Shown here one piece after another: positions 26,342 through 39,277 of a stretch of 64,000 nt of DNA (positions within the stretch are counted from its first letter, which is position 1; each line of letters begins with the position of its first letter). A model generated the notes under the pieces. It did no database searches and had not been told where the DNA came from. It saw only the letters and a list, made by a program, of their open reading frames with translations. Source of the stretch: Chrysomallon squamiferum (Eukaryota > Animalia > Mollusca); contig CM022668.1 in NCBI GenBank assembly GCA_012295275.1, positions 9,486,001-9,550,000 on the forward strand, read 5' to 3'. Made by a program: the position numbers and the translations under genes.

Positions 26342-28278
26342 CTGTGAAACAGTAATCTGTTCTCTCATTCTATGAATAATTATAAATTCTTTTAATTAAA
26401 AGGAATAAAACATATGTCATCTGTGAAACAGATATTAAACTGTTAGGTTGTGCAAGGAATAATTGCAATTTGAGATTAAATGTTTTTAACTGTAGAGAAA
26501 TTAAATATATGTCATCTGATTATTCTCCAATTGGCCCTTTTTTGTGTGGTCTTATTGAAAGTTATAGAAAATTAATTTAGAACTAAAATAAAATTAATTA
26601 AATGTGTATTATTTATATATATATATATATAATCCATTTTATTTGTGTGTGTATGTATTTGATAAAGTGAGGGATAGAATGAAAGAACAATTGAACTGAA
26701 GAGAAAAGTGAGAAACAGAATGAAAGAAAGAAAGATGGAGGAAAGAATAAATTCAAGTATTTCTGTATTAAAAATAAAGACCACAGCACCCTATTTCTTA
26801 CTTCAATGACAGTAAGTGTGTGTATGTAAATATAAATCTAAAAGAAAGAGTGTGTAAATGACTGATTAACAGTGGGTGATGTTACATACTTGTACACAGG
26901 AAGCATGATGGGCAGAGGGTAGGCTAGATGTGGGGCAATAGCTATTAGATTGGCTCGCTCTGCTAAAGCTTCTTTAACCATCCGATACTGGAAAAAAAAA
27001 CACATGTAATAATAATAATAATAATAATTTTTAAAAACATTAAATAAGATAAACAATTAATTTAAAAAAAATTAAAAATTAAAAACTCAAAGGAGAATAT
27101 TTTATACACTCATGTATGCAGAATAAAAGCAAAGCAAGATTATATGCATGGATAATTAAATGATAAAAGATGAATATAATAAACACATAGTGGTATCTGT
27201 ACCTGGGCTTTTTTCTTTTCTCTCTCTTTCTCTCTCTAGATAAAATGTATTATATTTGTGCACACATGCATTAATACAAGTATGTATTAATAACCTTTCC
27301 ATACCTAAAATGCATGTATGTCTTTATGTATACTTGTCTCTGTCATGGTTAAAGAGAGCTTTCTGTCGGTAGTAATGTATGTGTATGCCTGTCTGTATGT
27401 CCTTATGTAAGTTTACATACCTGTTTTCTATCAAGGTTAAAGAGAGCTGTATGTAGAGAGTAATGTGTATGTCTATCTGTCTGTCTGTCCTTATGTAAGT
27501 TTACATACATGTTCTCTATCAAGGTTAAAGAGAGCTGTCTGTAGATAGTAATGTGTATGTCTATCTGTCTGTCTGTCCTTATGTAAGTTTACATACCTGT
27601 TCTCTGTCAAGGTTAAAGAGAACTGTCTGTAGATAATAATGTGTATGTCTCTCTGTCTGTCTGTCCTTAGTTAAGTTTACATACCTGTTCTCTGTCAAGG
27701 TTAAAGACGTCTTTCTGCAGATAGTAATGTGTATGTCTATCTGTCTGTCTGTCCTTAGTTAAGTTTACATACCTGTTCTCTGTCAAGGTTAAAGAGAGCT
27801 GTCTGTAGATAATAATGTGTATGTCTCTCTGTCTGTCTGTCCTTAGTTAAGTTTACATACCTGTTCTCTGTCAAGGTTAAAGAGAGCTGTCTGTAGATAA
27901 TAATGTGTATGTCTCTCTGTCTGTCTGTCCTTAGTTAAGTTTACATACCTGTTCTCTGTCAAGGTTAAAGACGTCTTTCTGCAGATAGTAATGTGTATGT
28001 CTATCTGTCTGTCTGTCCTTAGTTAAGTTTACATACCTGTTCTCTGTCAAGGTTAAAGACGGCTTTCTGCAGATAGTAATGTGTATGTCTATCTGTCTGT
28101 CTGTCCTTATGTAAGTTTACATACCTGTTCTCTGTCAAGGTTAAAGACGGCTTTCTGCAGATAGCGAACTCCACCGTGTATCAATTTTGTACTTCGACTG
28201 CTTGTACCAGCAGAAAAATCAAACTTCTCAACCAGTGCTGTCTTTAGACCTTGAAAAAATACAAAATTTAAATACTAA

Positions 28279-28321
<43 letters not shown>

Positions 28322-29143
28322 TGCAAGAGTAAAAACAGGCTTCAGAAGTATATTAATTGATAAATACAATTTTGTTCTTTGATTTTTCAGTGTATTTGGT
28401 ACTTTAAGCATACATTGAACCTTGGCCCAGAAAAATCAGAAAAATTCTGAAATCAGTATCAACTTCAGACCCATGTTTTCCATTAACTGATCTGGTGCTT
28501 GTACTGCTTTAAATCAGCATCCGATTTAATATTATAATGAATATTTACCATAATTATTCTTTTTTTTATAAAATAAAAATTTATTGATATTAAGAAATAA
28601 ACTGTTAAAAAAGAAAGAAAAAAAAACAAGATTACTCTCCCAAACTAGAAATAGCTTTGTGCTTAGAAAATCTGCCTGATTATAAAGGTCTTCTGAATAC
28701 AAATAAAATTTTCCCATTCCAAACAGTGACAAATGAATAGCTTATCAAAATATTCAGTATGTACTCCCAAGTCAATGGGAGGGTTCATATAAAACTTTAA
28801 AAAGGTATCCTCAAGCCATATTGATAAAAGCAGACTATGGAGCTGTGATATAAAGTTTCCTTTTTACACAAAATATGTCTGACATCAAGTAACTGTTAAT
28901 TAATAAATCTTTTAAAAATATAGTTTTTAAATTTACTTACCCCGGCTGATTGCATCTAGAGCAACACCTGTTCCAGTCGCACCTCCACCAATAACAAGAA
29001 CATCAAACTCCTCAGTTTCAAGCTGTTTGTGTATCTGTTGTCTCGTAGGCAGAGGCCCCTGGGGCAGGGGATTTGGTGTTGACGGTGCTGCCATCACCTG
29101 ACCCACTGGAGTCTGAGAGAGAGAGAGAAAAATAATGAATGTC

Positions 29144-29174
<31 letters not shown>

Positions 29175-29540
29175 AGAAAACAAGATTGATTTGTACAGAA
29201 AAATTTAAAAAAAATGAAAATTAATATATAAAAAATGATGATGATGAAAAAAAAAATAAGAACAGTAATATTAATAATAATATTAATGATAATAATAATA
29301 ATAAGCAGAAGATGAGAAGCTGAAGATGGGTAAAAAGAACATTGATGTGCAAAAATTTAGTCATAAAATAGAACTCTTTTGTGACAAATTATAACAACAA
29401 CAACAACAAATAAATATGTATGTATTTACCATTTTGACATCAATCAGTTTGGGGTAGACGAACGTGGCAACATAGACTCCACCTCCTATTGCCAGGCCAG
29501 TGTAGACAAGACGTTTAATAGTTTGAACACGGACACGCAT
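14182..29540 (-). CDS. GPD2: Mitochondrial FAD-dependent glycerol-3-phosphate dehydrogenase with C-terminal EF-hands, 16 coding exons, 726 aa
   Basis: Hand-spliced join (minus): 29540-29430, 29112-28941, 28249-28125, 26987-26890, 26238-26075, 25511-25350, 24621-24477, 23714-23629, 23304-23197, 21345-21211, 20195-20014, 19224-19093, 18196-18038, 16945-16757, 15684-15586, 14295-14182 = 2181 nt, all GT-AG, phases consistent. Motifs: [11 protein letters not shown] (FAD), [45 protein letters not shown]-hand loops [12 protein letters not shown] and [13 protein letters not shown]-terminus VERSGGGV*. Confidence 0.97.
14311..14725. repeat. 38-bp minisatellite, about 11 copies, over the exon-16 branch-point region
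   Basis: Unit ttttaattagtaaacaaacattacaacacacgtaaacg; starts 15 bp from the acceptor. Confidence 0.92.
14750..15380. repeat. Degenerate ~90-bp repeats containing the exon-16 start and acceptor
   Basis: aagcac-aattaa-tgtgaaaataaa...ttttaattattaaacaaaaattacaacac at about 14751, 14841, 15042, 15194 matches 14284-14345. Confidence 0.75.
15586..15684 (-). CDS. GPD2: GPD2 exon 15 (EF-hand 2)
   Basis: [33 protein letters not shown]; CAG|gtaata. Confidence 0.94.
15681..16080. repeat. Degenerate 100-150-bp repeats containing the exon-15 acceptor
   Basis: ttttctaaacataac...ttttcactaacagtttatta at 15681, about 15783, 15932 and 16035. Confidence 0.8.
16255..16812. repeat. Degenerate ~165-bp repeats containing the exon-14 3' end and donor
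   Basis: Exon accttgaagtattttcgcaggtcattgactgtgatgtaacctttgttgtcc versus copies at about 16597, 16427 and 16258. Confidence 0.7.
16757..16945 (-). CDS. GPD2: GPD2 exon 14 (EF-hand 1)
   Basis: [10 protein letters not shown]...[23 protein letters not shown]; AAG|gttagc. Confidence 0.93.
16961..17585. repeat. 63-64-bp minisatellite, about 8 good plus degenerate copies, abutting the exon-14 acceptor
   Basis: Unit ttctctgattaaaaaatttattttgttctttttatttctgtgatataaataattatgaaatat. Confidence 0.9.
18038..18196 (-). CDS. GPD2: GPD2 exon 13
   Basis: [26 protein letters not shown]...[10 protein letters not shown]; AAG|gtcaga. Confidence 0.95.
18690..19092. repeat. 54-60-bp minisatellite, about 7 copies, at the exon-12 donor
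   Basis: Unit taagcttaaactcacctcaactcaaaggttactcactaggctgggctcactca; contains GAG|GTGAGT on minus. Confidence 0.9.
19093..19224 (-). CDS. GPD2: GPD2 exon 12
   Basis: [13 protein letters not shown]...[21 protein letters not shown]; GAG|gtgagt. Confidence 0.95.
19235..19960. repeat. Compound (AAT/GAT)n microsatellite filling GPD2 intron 11
   Basis: Direct inspection; source of the poly-Ile/Met ORFs. Confidence 0.9.
20014..20195 (-). CDS. GPD2: GPD2 exon 11
   Basis: [16 protein letters not shown]...[13 protein letters not shown]; GAG|gtgggt. Confidence 0.95.
20200..20480. repeat. About 23-bp minisatellite abutting the exon-11 acceptor
   Basis: aagttttaacacattattttata(g) repeated about 11 times. 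Confidence 0.85.
20800..21172. repeat. 60-bp minisatellite, about 6 copies, near the exon-10 donor
   Basis: ccagtgttaaaactattaacatttatcaatggtttaaagatttataccagccatggcatt; lines stack exactly at 60 bp. Confidence 0.93.
21211..21345 (-). CDS. GPD2: GPD2 exon 10
   Basis: [17 protein letters not shown]...[17 protein letters not shown]; G|gtacgt. Confidence 0.95.
21360..22940. repeat. 38-bp minisatellite (more than 30 copies) decaying into a ~19-bp subunit, abutting the exon-10 acceptor
   Basis: Unit cagtcatacaccagtaatatagtgatatatctgttata; distal end atatagtaatatatctgta. Confidence 0.93.
23197..23304 (-). CDS. GPD2: GPD2 exon 9
   Basis: [36 protein letters not shown]; G|gtactg. Confidence 0.94.
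23629..23714 (-). CDS. GPD2: GPD2 exon 8
   Basis: [28 protein letters not shown]; G|gtaggt. Confidence 0.94.
23928..24503. repeat. 32-bp minisatellite, about 18 copies; unit is the last 27 nt of exon 7 plus GTATG
   Basis: Minus unit TCACATAGTTTTACCTGACTATTACAG|GTATG. Confidence 0.95.
24477..24621 (-). CDS. GPD2: GPD2 exon 7
   Basis: [22 protein letters not shown]...[14 protein letters not shown]; AG|gtatgt. Confidence 0.95.
24890..25165. repeat. About 180-bp local tandem duplication in GPD2 intron 6
   Basis: aaacagacaaataaacggttgatttgatatatgtttttcatagacctaacaatatttagttttgatatcaaaatatta occurs twice. Confidence 0.85.
25350..25511 (-). CDS. GPD2: GPD2 exon 6
   Basis: [15 protein letters not shown]...GAHVRDNLT; T|gtgagc. 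Confidence 0.93.
25548..25722. repeat. About 89-bp tandem duplication just upstream of the exon-6 acceptor
   Basis: taattagaaagaacagttgactataagacaaagatgacagc...gataataac occurs twice. Confidence 0.88.
25895..26084. repeat. 22-bp minisatellite, about 8 copies; unit is exon-5 end plus donor
   Basis: Minus unit TATTATGATG|GTGAGTTTTGTG and variants. Confidence 0.85.
26075..26238 (-). CDS. GPD2: GPD2 exon 5
   Basis: [19 protein letters not shown]...LVGALVYYD; G|gtgagt. Confidence 0.95.
26890..26987 (-). CDS. GPD2: GPD2 exon 4
   Basis: [33 protein letters not shown]; AA|gtatgt. Confidence 0.95.
27325..28164. repeat. 88-bp minisatellite, about 9.5 copies; unit is the last ~40 nt of exon 3 plus donor plus 48 nt of intron
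   Basis: atacctgttc recurs at 28121, 28033, 27945, 27857, 27769, 27681, 27593; variants at 27505, 27417, about 27329. Confidence 0.95.
28125..28249 (-). CDS. GPD2: GPD2 exon 3
   Basis: [42 protein letters not shown]; CAG|gtatgt. Confidence 0.95.
28941..29112 (-). CDS. GPD2: GPD2 exon 2
   Basis: (CT)n cag|ACT; TPVGQ...[22 protein letters not shown]; G|gtaagt. Confidence 0.95.
29430..29540 (-). CDS. GPD2: GPD2 coding exon 1 ([37 protein letters not shown]), basic targeting-like N-terminus plus hydrophobic stretch
   Basis: ATG at 29540, donor ATG|gtaaat phase 0; an upstream acceptor ttcag at 29576 implies a further 5'UTR exon. Confidence 0.85.
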
Positions 29541-29639
29541 GTTTGATTTGTATCACAGTTTGCAGCTGACCATGTCTGAAACATGCACAAACATTTCAAG
29601 TATAACTACAAGTAAATGTGTGTTTCTCTGTGTCCATTT

Positions 29640-29691
<52 letters not shown>

Positions 29692-31476
29692 GGCTTGACA
29701 TTTTAATTGATTTATAGCTTGGAAAGGGTTGTCTTGCTTTTATTCAGAAATGTTAGGGAACCAAACGAAACATTTTCTTCTATTGATAGGCAGTTTTAAG
29801 TTTTATTAAATTTTCATGGAAACCATTATGTTTCTGCAGTTTGTAGCGACATTATGGCTAATAACTAATGAAAACTATGTTTATTTGAAGCACTTGTACC
29901 CAATACAACTGGACAGCTCTTCCATACAGTATTGTGTGGTTATCCAAATATGGCTGTGCCAGTGTTGCTACCTTAAGGAATGAAGAACTATTTTGCTGAA
30001 GATGTAATGCAAAAAAAAATAATAATAATAAAAAAAAAAAAAATCTGATATATTTTTATTATTTTTATTTAAAGTGATCAAAGAATCAACGAGATTTATG
30101 GGAAGAACATGGAGGCAAATCATCAGGTAGTGTAGCTACAGGGTGTTATTGGCATCGGTATGACTTGCAACCAGTGCCATGAAGCTGTCAACGAAATGGC
30201 ATTGCACAGTATCATTCCTGGACACAATGTAATATCTCTTACTCAGTTACTGTCCGATGAGTTTACGTTTTATAACACATATGTTACTAAAGAATGAAAT
30301 AAAAATGAATTTGAATTTTTAGTTTAATAATCTCCTATTTAATTATTACTATATGTACGATCGCTTGCGTACCAGACTACTCAGAGCTACAGCTTGTGAC
30401 ATTTTGACCCGGTGAACAGAGATGACCGAACATTTTGCCAGGTCGCCAAGAATTTTATTTTATTTCATTCCTGTGACGATAACAAATAAATAAATATGAA
30501 ATAATTTATTAACAAATAAATTTTATGTAAGCGCAAAGCAAAATGTAAAACAGTAGAACCATCAGGAGTCACAGAATCTGAGAATGGGTTAGTAAAAACA
30601 AAATTATAAAATAATAATTATAATATACTATTATTCTTTGAATGAAGTAATAATGCAGTTTTATAAGCAATATTTTTCCTTCTTCTTTTCGCGAATATAT
30701 ATGATCATGCACTTTCTTGTGGAATTAGAAAAACATCGTATAATTGCAGTAACTAACCATAAACAAACTATACAACCACCATGTCCTTGTCCAACCTCAA
30801 CTGATGTCCCTCCCCGGTACCGCCAAGGCCTTGACCTAAAACAACCTGGGCCCAGTCAAAATTGTGTAGAAATATTAAGTTACTATCCAAACATAAATTA
30901 TTATTAACCATCAAATTTTAATTTTAGCTGCATGTCGACCTAAATTATTTTCCTTCTTCTGTGTTTCGTATTTAAGAAATTATTAAACAGTGCTTACCTT
31001 TTTATAAAAAAGTATTAGTTTAACACTAGATCTTTAATTCAATCTTAAGTTGTTTATCATTGTTAATTTGAATAATGACATAAATTCTGCAGTATAAATC
31101 CTTCTGAAAATTGAACAGTTTTTCTTTCGAACAAATGTTGAACGAAAGAAAGAAAAATATAAAAATATAAATGTGCAATAAAAGGTTGCTATTTTAACAA
31201 TAGTATTGGGGAGATAACTCTGAACATTTATCTCAATATTGTACGATTGAAAAAAAAAAAAAAATTTGAGAAAACGTAAAAAAAAAGAAAAAAAGAGGTA
31301 AATATGACCATGTTTTATTTCGGTTGAAAAGTTTGTGCATTTGATTAGGTAATAAATTGATAAATGTTCATAGTTTATGTGACGAAACTCAGGCTTACCC
31401 AATACAAAATATGTTTAGTTGATCATGAAAGATGATTAATTGATTGGTGATTTTAAATCAGATTTTGAGATTGTCA

Positions 31477-31533
<57 letters not shown>

Positions 31534-32119
31534 TAGTTTTGAATCAGTTTTATAATTAGTTATATTTTTATTTAAACAAATTGACAATGTATTTCCATTA
31601 TTCTAAAAGAGTGGAAACCGTGAATTGATTTTTGATTACACTTAATATAAATATTCAAACATTTTTTATTTCTTAGAATACCAGGAAAACATTCATAAAT
31701 TAGACATGTTAATTCGTTTGAACAATGAAAATTTTAATTATTTTGTAAATTTGAAAACATTTTTTTCTGATTAAAAAAAAAAAAAAAAAAAGGAAAACAA
31801 AAAGAAGAAGAAACAAACAAACACCCAGCAACACCTGTTCTGAATTCTGAAATTTGATGAATAGAACAAAATTTTTGTAAAACATACAAACACATATGTA
31901 TAATACCCACTCCCACATCCCCACACAGACAACAAATATATACATTCATTTAAAGCAATTGAAAAACATAAAATAATAACAAAAAAATAATAATGCCCTT
32001 TAAATTAATTAATAAAATAACTTATTTTCAGATGTGAAATTTCAGGAAAAGAAAAAATGCATCCAAAACAAAAGTAGAATTTCTAATATTCTGCAACAAC
32101 TAATAGAAGTAAAATCAGA

Positions 32120-33007
32120 ATGTCTAAAGAGAGGATGAAGAAACTAATTCAGTTCTGCAAATTAAGACATACATGTAAATATCTTTCAAAAAATCAGCAA
32201 GAAAAAGTGATAGACATTCTGGAAAAAGAAAACTTTGACAGTAATCTTCCAAACAGGGGAGATAAATTGAAAACAGCACTCTGTGAAGCTTGTCGATCAG
32301 GAAATAAAGAAATTGTTGAAATTCTACTTCGATTTGGGGCAGATCCTAATGTTACAGACAAAAACAAATGTTCCCCGCTCTATATTGCTTCATCTTTAGG
32401 ACATAAAGATATTGTCACAAAACTTCTGGAAACAAATGCAGATGTAAATGCCAAAAATGCTCAAGGTTATGCTCCTTTGTTATCAGCAATTGAAAACAAC
32501 CATTTTGATGTCGCTGATGTTCTAATTCAAAATGGCGCAAATGTGAACATCAAACGTCCCAACACCTTTGGCATCGAGATGACATTAATGACTTTTGTCT
32601 TGTTTGCCAAAAATAACATTTCTATGGCTGAGAAGCTGTTAGAAGCTGGAGTGAATCCACACACTTTTGAAAAACCATTAAATTTTATTCTTTTAGAGTA
32701 TGGAGACGAGTGTAGAAACTTTATCAAAAAGCTTGTTTATGCTGGATACACATTTTACTGTGATGCGTGGATCAGACTTGTGAAAAGCAAGCTGGAATCG
32801 GGAAATCAAGATCAGGTCTCAGAAAGTGAACAGGAAATGCTTGACTTTCTAAGTCATGAACACAGCAATGCCAGCAGTTTACAAAAATGTTGTAGAACAG
32901 TTATCAGAACCTGTCTGTCAGATTCTTTTCCTAAAGAACACATTTCTGCAAAAATTTCAAAGTTACCGTTACCCAACAATATCAAAAAAGATTTGGCTTT
33001 GAAATAA
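32120..33007 (+). CDS. Ankyrin repeat and SOCS box protein (ASB-like), 295 aa, uninterrupted CDS
   Basis: At least three clear ankyrin repeats (TALCEACRSGNKEIVEILLRFGADPN, SPLYIASSLGHKDIVTKLLETNADVN, APLLSAIENNHFDVADVLIQNGANVN); C-terminal SOCS box with BC-box SLQKCCRTVIR and Cul5-box LPLP; acceptor ttattttcag at 32031 upstream. Confidence 0.9.
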   Translation: MSKERMKKLIQFCKLRHTCKYLSKNQQEKVIDILEKENFDSNLPNRGDKLKTALCEACRSGNKEIVEILLRFGADPNVTDKNKCSPLYIASSLGHKDIVTKLLETNADVNAKNAQGYAPLLSAIENNHFDVADVLIQNGANVNIKRPNTFGIEMTLMTFVLFAKNNISMAEKLLEAGVNPHTFEKPLNFILLEYGDECRNFIKKLVYAGYTFYCDAWIRLVKSKLESGNQDQVSESEQEMLDFLSHEHSNASSLQKCCRTVIRTCLSDSFPKEHISAKISKLPLPNNIKKDLALK

Positions 33008-34668
33008 GTTTATGTTTATGTGAAGTCAAATGTGAACACATTTTATATATATGTATATATGTTCATGAATTAAATTTATTATAAAGTCTGTATATTGTTT
33101 TTCATCTTTTTTTTTTCCAAAAAGATTTCAGATTCAGTTACATAGCAAGAGGCATTACTTTTCAAAAGAAAAAAAAGGATGGTGTAAAACCACTATTAGC
33201 TTTTAACTCTGTGGTCTTCATTTAAACTTTTAAGTAAAATTAGTAGAGGACATGTGTGAGTATTAAAAGAAAGTAATAATTATTTTATACAGATTTACAT
33301 TTGACCTATACCTAACTTGGAAACTGAGGTATACCTGAATTACTGGTAAAACACTGTTAAATTTAGTTACCAGTTTTAAACTGAAGATTATTCAAAAGGT
33401 TATTTACAACAAATGTGTATTCAGTGGTTATTTTAATTAATTATTCTTTTGAAATAATACTGTCTACAAATTAATTTTTGATTAAACCAGGTTGCAAATG
33501 TACATATCCATTTTTTTTATTACATTGTAGAGCATATTTTGTTGAATAACGGGCAACACAAACTTTCTTTGAATTGGAGAAATGCAGAAATAAGACTAAA
33601 TATATTCTATATACTTGTAACTAATTTTTATTTTGCTATTACACTTCTTTTTTTTCATCTAGTTATAATCAGTAATGAATTAAACAAGAAAAGAGTAGAG
33701 TTTAAAAACATCTGTGAGTCACCATGATTTTGTAATGATGACATCAGTGTATACAGGACAGATCAATTTGCTCTAAAGTTTCATCTATTGCTTTGCCATA
33801 CACACCATGATTCCAGTTATGGAATAAAATGGCAGCACTTACTTTACTCTCTGTTATTGCTATGAACAACTGTAGGCTTCTCCGAAAACAATAAAAATAA
33901 CAGCTTGGAAGTATGAAGATGTTTTAAATAATCATTTAATCACACTGGCACAATGATACCATTAATGCTAATTGACATTAATTATTATTATTTTTTTTAA
34001 AGTTTAGAGAAGAGACTTGTTGTTGTCATTTAATAGTGTACTCCTACTATGATCAAAGTATATTTTACATCTGCAGTATACACAGAGTTAACATGTATAC
34101 CACTGTTTGATACACCGAGATCTATTTCTGGAATTAATGTTTCTTGAATCCTTTCTCTGACATTTACACATCAATGATTCAATCATATGAAAATTATATT
34201 ATTAATGGGACATAATTTTGTGATGTTGCTGTTATAGAAAACTACAACATGGATTATTTCTGGTTAGTAGCAAGTGTCTGTTATATGTAAGGTACTGTAC
34301 AGATAGATGCACAGATTTCATAAAAGCAGGGAGGTATAGTAAGAAAAAACTCTTCAGAAGTATAAAAATAACAAAATTACCAAGAGATGCATAAATAGTA
34401 TTTATTTATAAAACTGGATTGACACTGTAAATTGACTGAAGCAATGATTAAAATAAAGTAGTGAAATAAAATGCTTTTAAACCTATTATTTATTGTTGTG
34501 TATATTGTGAAAATCTTTTCAGTACACTGACAACAGAATTTAATGGAATGATATTTTTTTATCTTTCTGTTGCAAAACTTCATTGATGTGTGACATTCCA
34601 GTGATAAACATATCCCATCATGCAGTATGTACAAATAGTCTCTGTTGATTGGTTGCCGTCAAGTACGT

Positions 34669-37074
<2,406 letters not shown>

Positions 37075-37449
37075 ATTTTTGTATGAGGAGAAATGATGAC
37101 GTTGATATTAATAGACTTGGCAAACCTTTTGATCCGCTTTCCTAAAATAGTACCCAAAGTTAACAAATGACAGGAAAGCCAGTTAACAGATCAAGGGAAG
37201 TAACTGCATTTTATTTATTTACTTGTTTAATTGTCGGTACCAAAAACCGACAGACCTTGACGTAAAAAATTTGAATAATAAAACTACGAAACTGCTAGGG
37301 CAGTAAAAAAGTAAATAAATAAATAATAATAAAATTATTTGTTTTATGAACATAAACTGTAATATCTCACTGGTTTTGGATGTACATTCATTGTAAAATA
37401 ATTAATCTTAATTTAAAAAATATATATAGGCTATATGTTTGGGTGAGTT

Positions 37450-37488
<39 letters not shown>

Positions 37489-38858
37489 ACGTTGAGTAAA
37501 CTCGAGATGTACTGTAGAGGTGATTGTATCTCGATACATGAAATGATCACGTACCAAAGACCAAACTGTTACACCAGCTTAGTAAATAATATGCTTAAAT
37601 CAAACACCAGATAACTCTTGCTTGCCTTCAACCTTACACGATTGTCTACCCTGTACAGAAAAAAAGATGATGCAGCAACGTTTGTAAATTAAATACTGTT
37701 ATCTAATCAAATGTTTATAATTTGTGTCATACATCATGAATATCACTGTAAAATTTCATGTATCCGTCTGCCTGTTGCATGCTTGCCTGTCTGTCTGACT
37801 GTCTGTCTTTCTCTTTCTATCTTTCTCTCAGCAACACACACACGCACACCCAACACAATCACATTCATACACTGAGAAACAGTGCACAGATACGCGACAA
37901 AATCGCACTTTTCGTCAGTACGCGAGTTTCAGCTTATGTGCACAATTAGCGTTTAATTCGTCTGTTTTTAAAATATCTGAAGTTAAAAACGTTTTCAATG
38001 ACTTCGTACGAGTATTTCTCCATTAATTCGTTTTTGAACTTTTTATTTTGATGTTCAAGATGTTTTTCTAATTCTTTCTTTCTTTTTTTTTTTTTTTTTT
38101 TTTTTTGGACAAAATCTTCCAGGCATCTGAAACAAATAAAAATAAAAATAAAAATAAAAAATAGAAATAAAAAAGAAAAAGAAAAAGAAAAAGAAAAAAG
38201 AAATAAAATAGTAAAATAATAATATAACAAAATTTAAAAAATAAAATTGGTACTTGTCTCTTCTGAAACCAGTCTGAACTGTAGATCTGTAATTAACCGT
38301 ATTTCAAAATATTTTCGTAATCTATCGCGAACCAATAGTTTTTCTAGCAGTAGCAAATTTTATTTGATTTGACATGTATAGTTCACACACCTTTAACGCC
38401 TCGTGCTAGAATCATGTGATCAAATATTGCCACTTGATTGGATATTTATTTTTATTCTACATAAGTAGATTTAAATGTTAATAATTAGATAAAGCATAAT
38501 TAATTAGAATTTTAATTTCATGCAGTGAATTCGATATCCTGAAAATCTGACAGTTATTTTGCTTTTAAAAGGAAATATAATAATTTAATGAACTTCGTTG
38601 ACTGTATTTGTTTTTATAAAGCTTGAAATAATAGACCAAAACTTCAAGAATTGTTCAAAACATAAAACTGCTATTACTACATAATTTTTCAAGTTATCAT
38701 CGTAAATATGTTATTTTATTTTTTTTTATTTTTTTTTTTTTTCATTCAGTGCTCTTTCCAGTGATTCTGAAAAAAAATTAATATTAGTGTTTTATATTTG
38801 TTATTTTTAACACCTACACTGTAGACGTAAGTAATTAGGCATAAAAACGGAAATTAAG

Positions 38859-38895
<37 letters not shown>

Positions 38896-39242
38896 AGCAC
38901 AATATCTGTTAAGTGATATAACTATACAGTACTTATTAACTCTGATTTAACTATACAATAACAACTAACTCTTACAAAACGAGAAAACTAACTATTGACT
39001 GTGATATAATTATCAATGTTGAAATAACGGCATTATAAAGATAAGCGGCAATTTTCAACAGGTGAGGATATTTACCGTTAATATTCAGTAAAAGAAATCA
39101 ATTCGTATCACAACTGACATTCAATATATATTTTTTCCCATCGATTCTGTACGCAGCTTGCCAGAGCAACGCGATAAAACGAGCTTCCAATGACACAGCA
39201 GTATAAAAGCAAAACTTCTACAGAACGATGGTTATTGAAATG

Positions 39243-39277
<35 letters not shown>

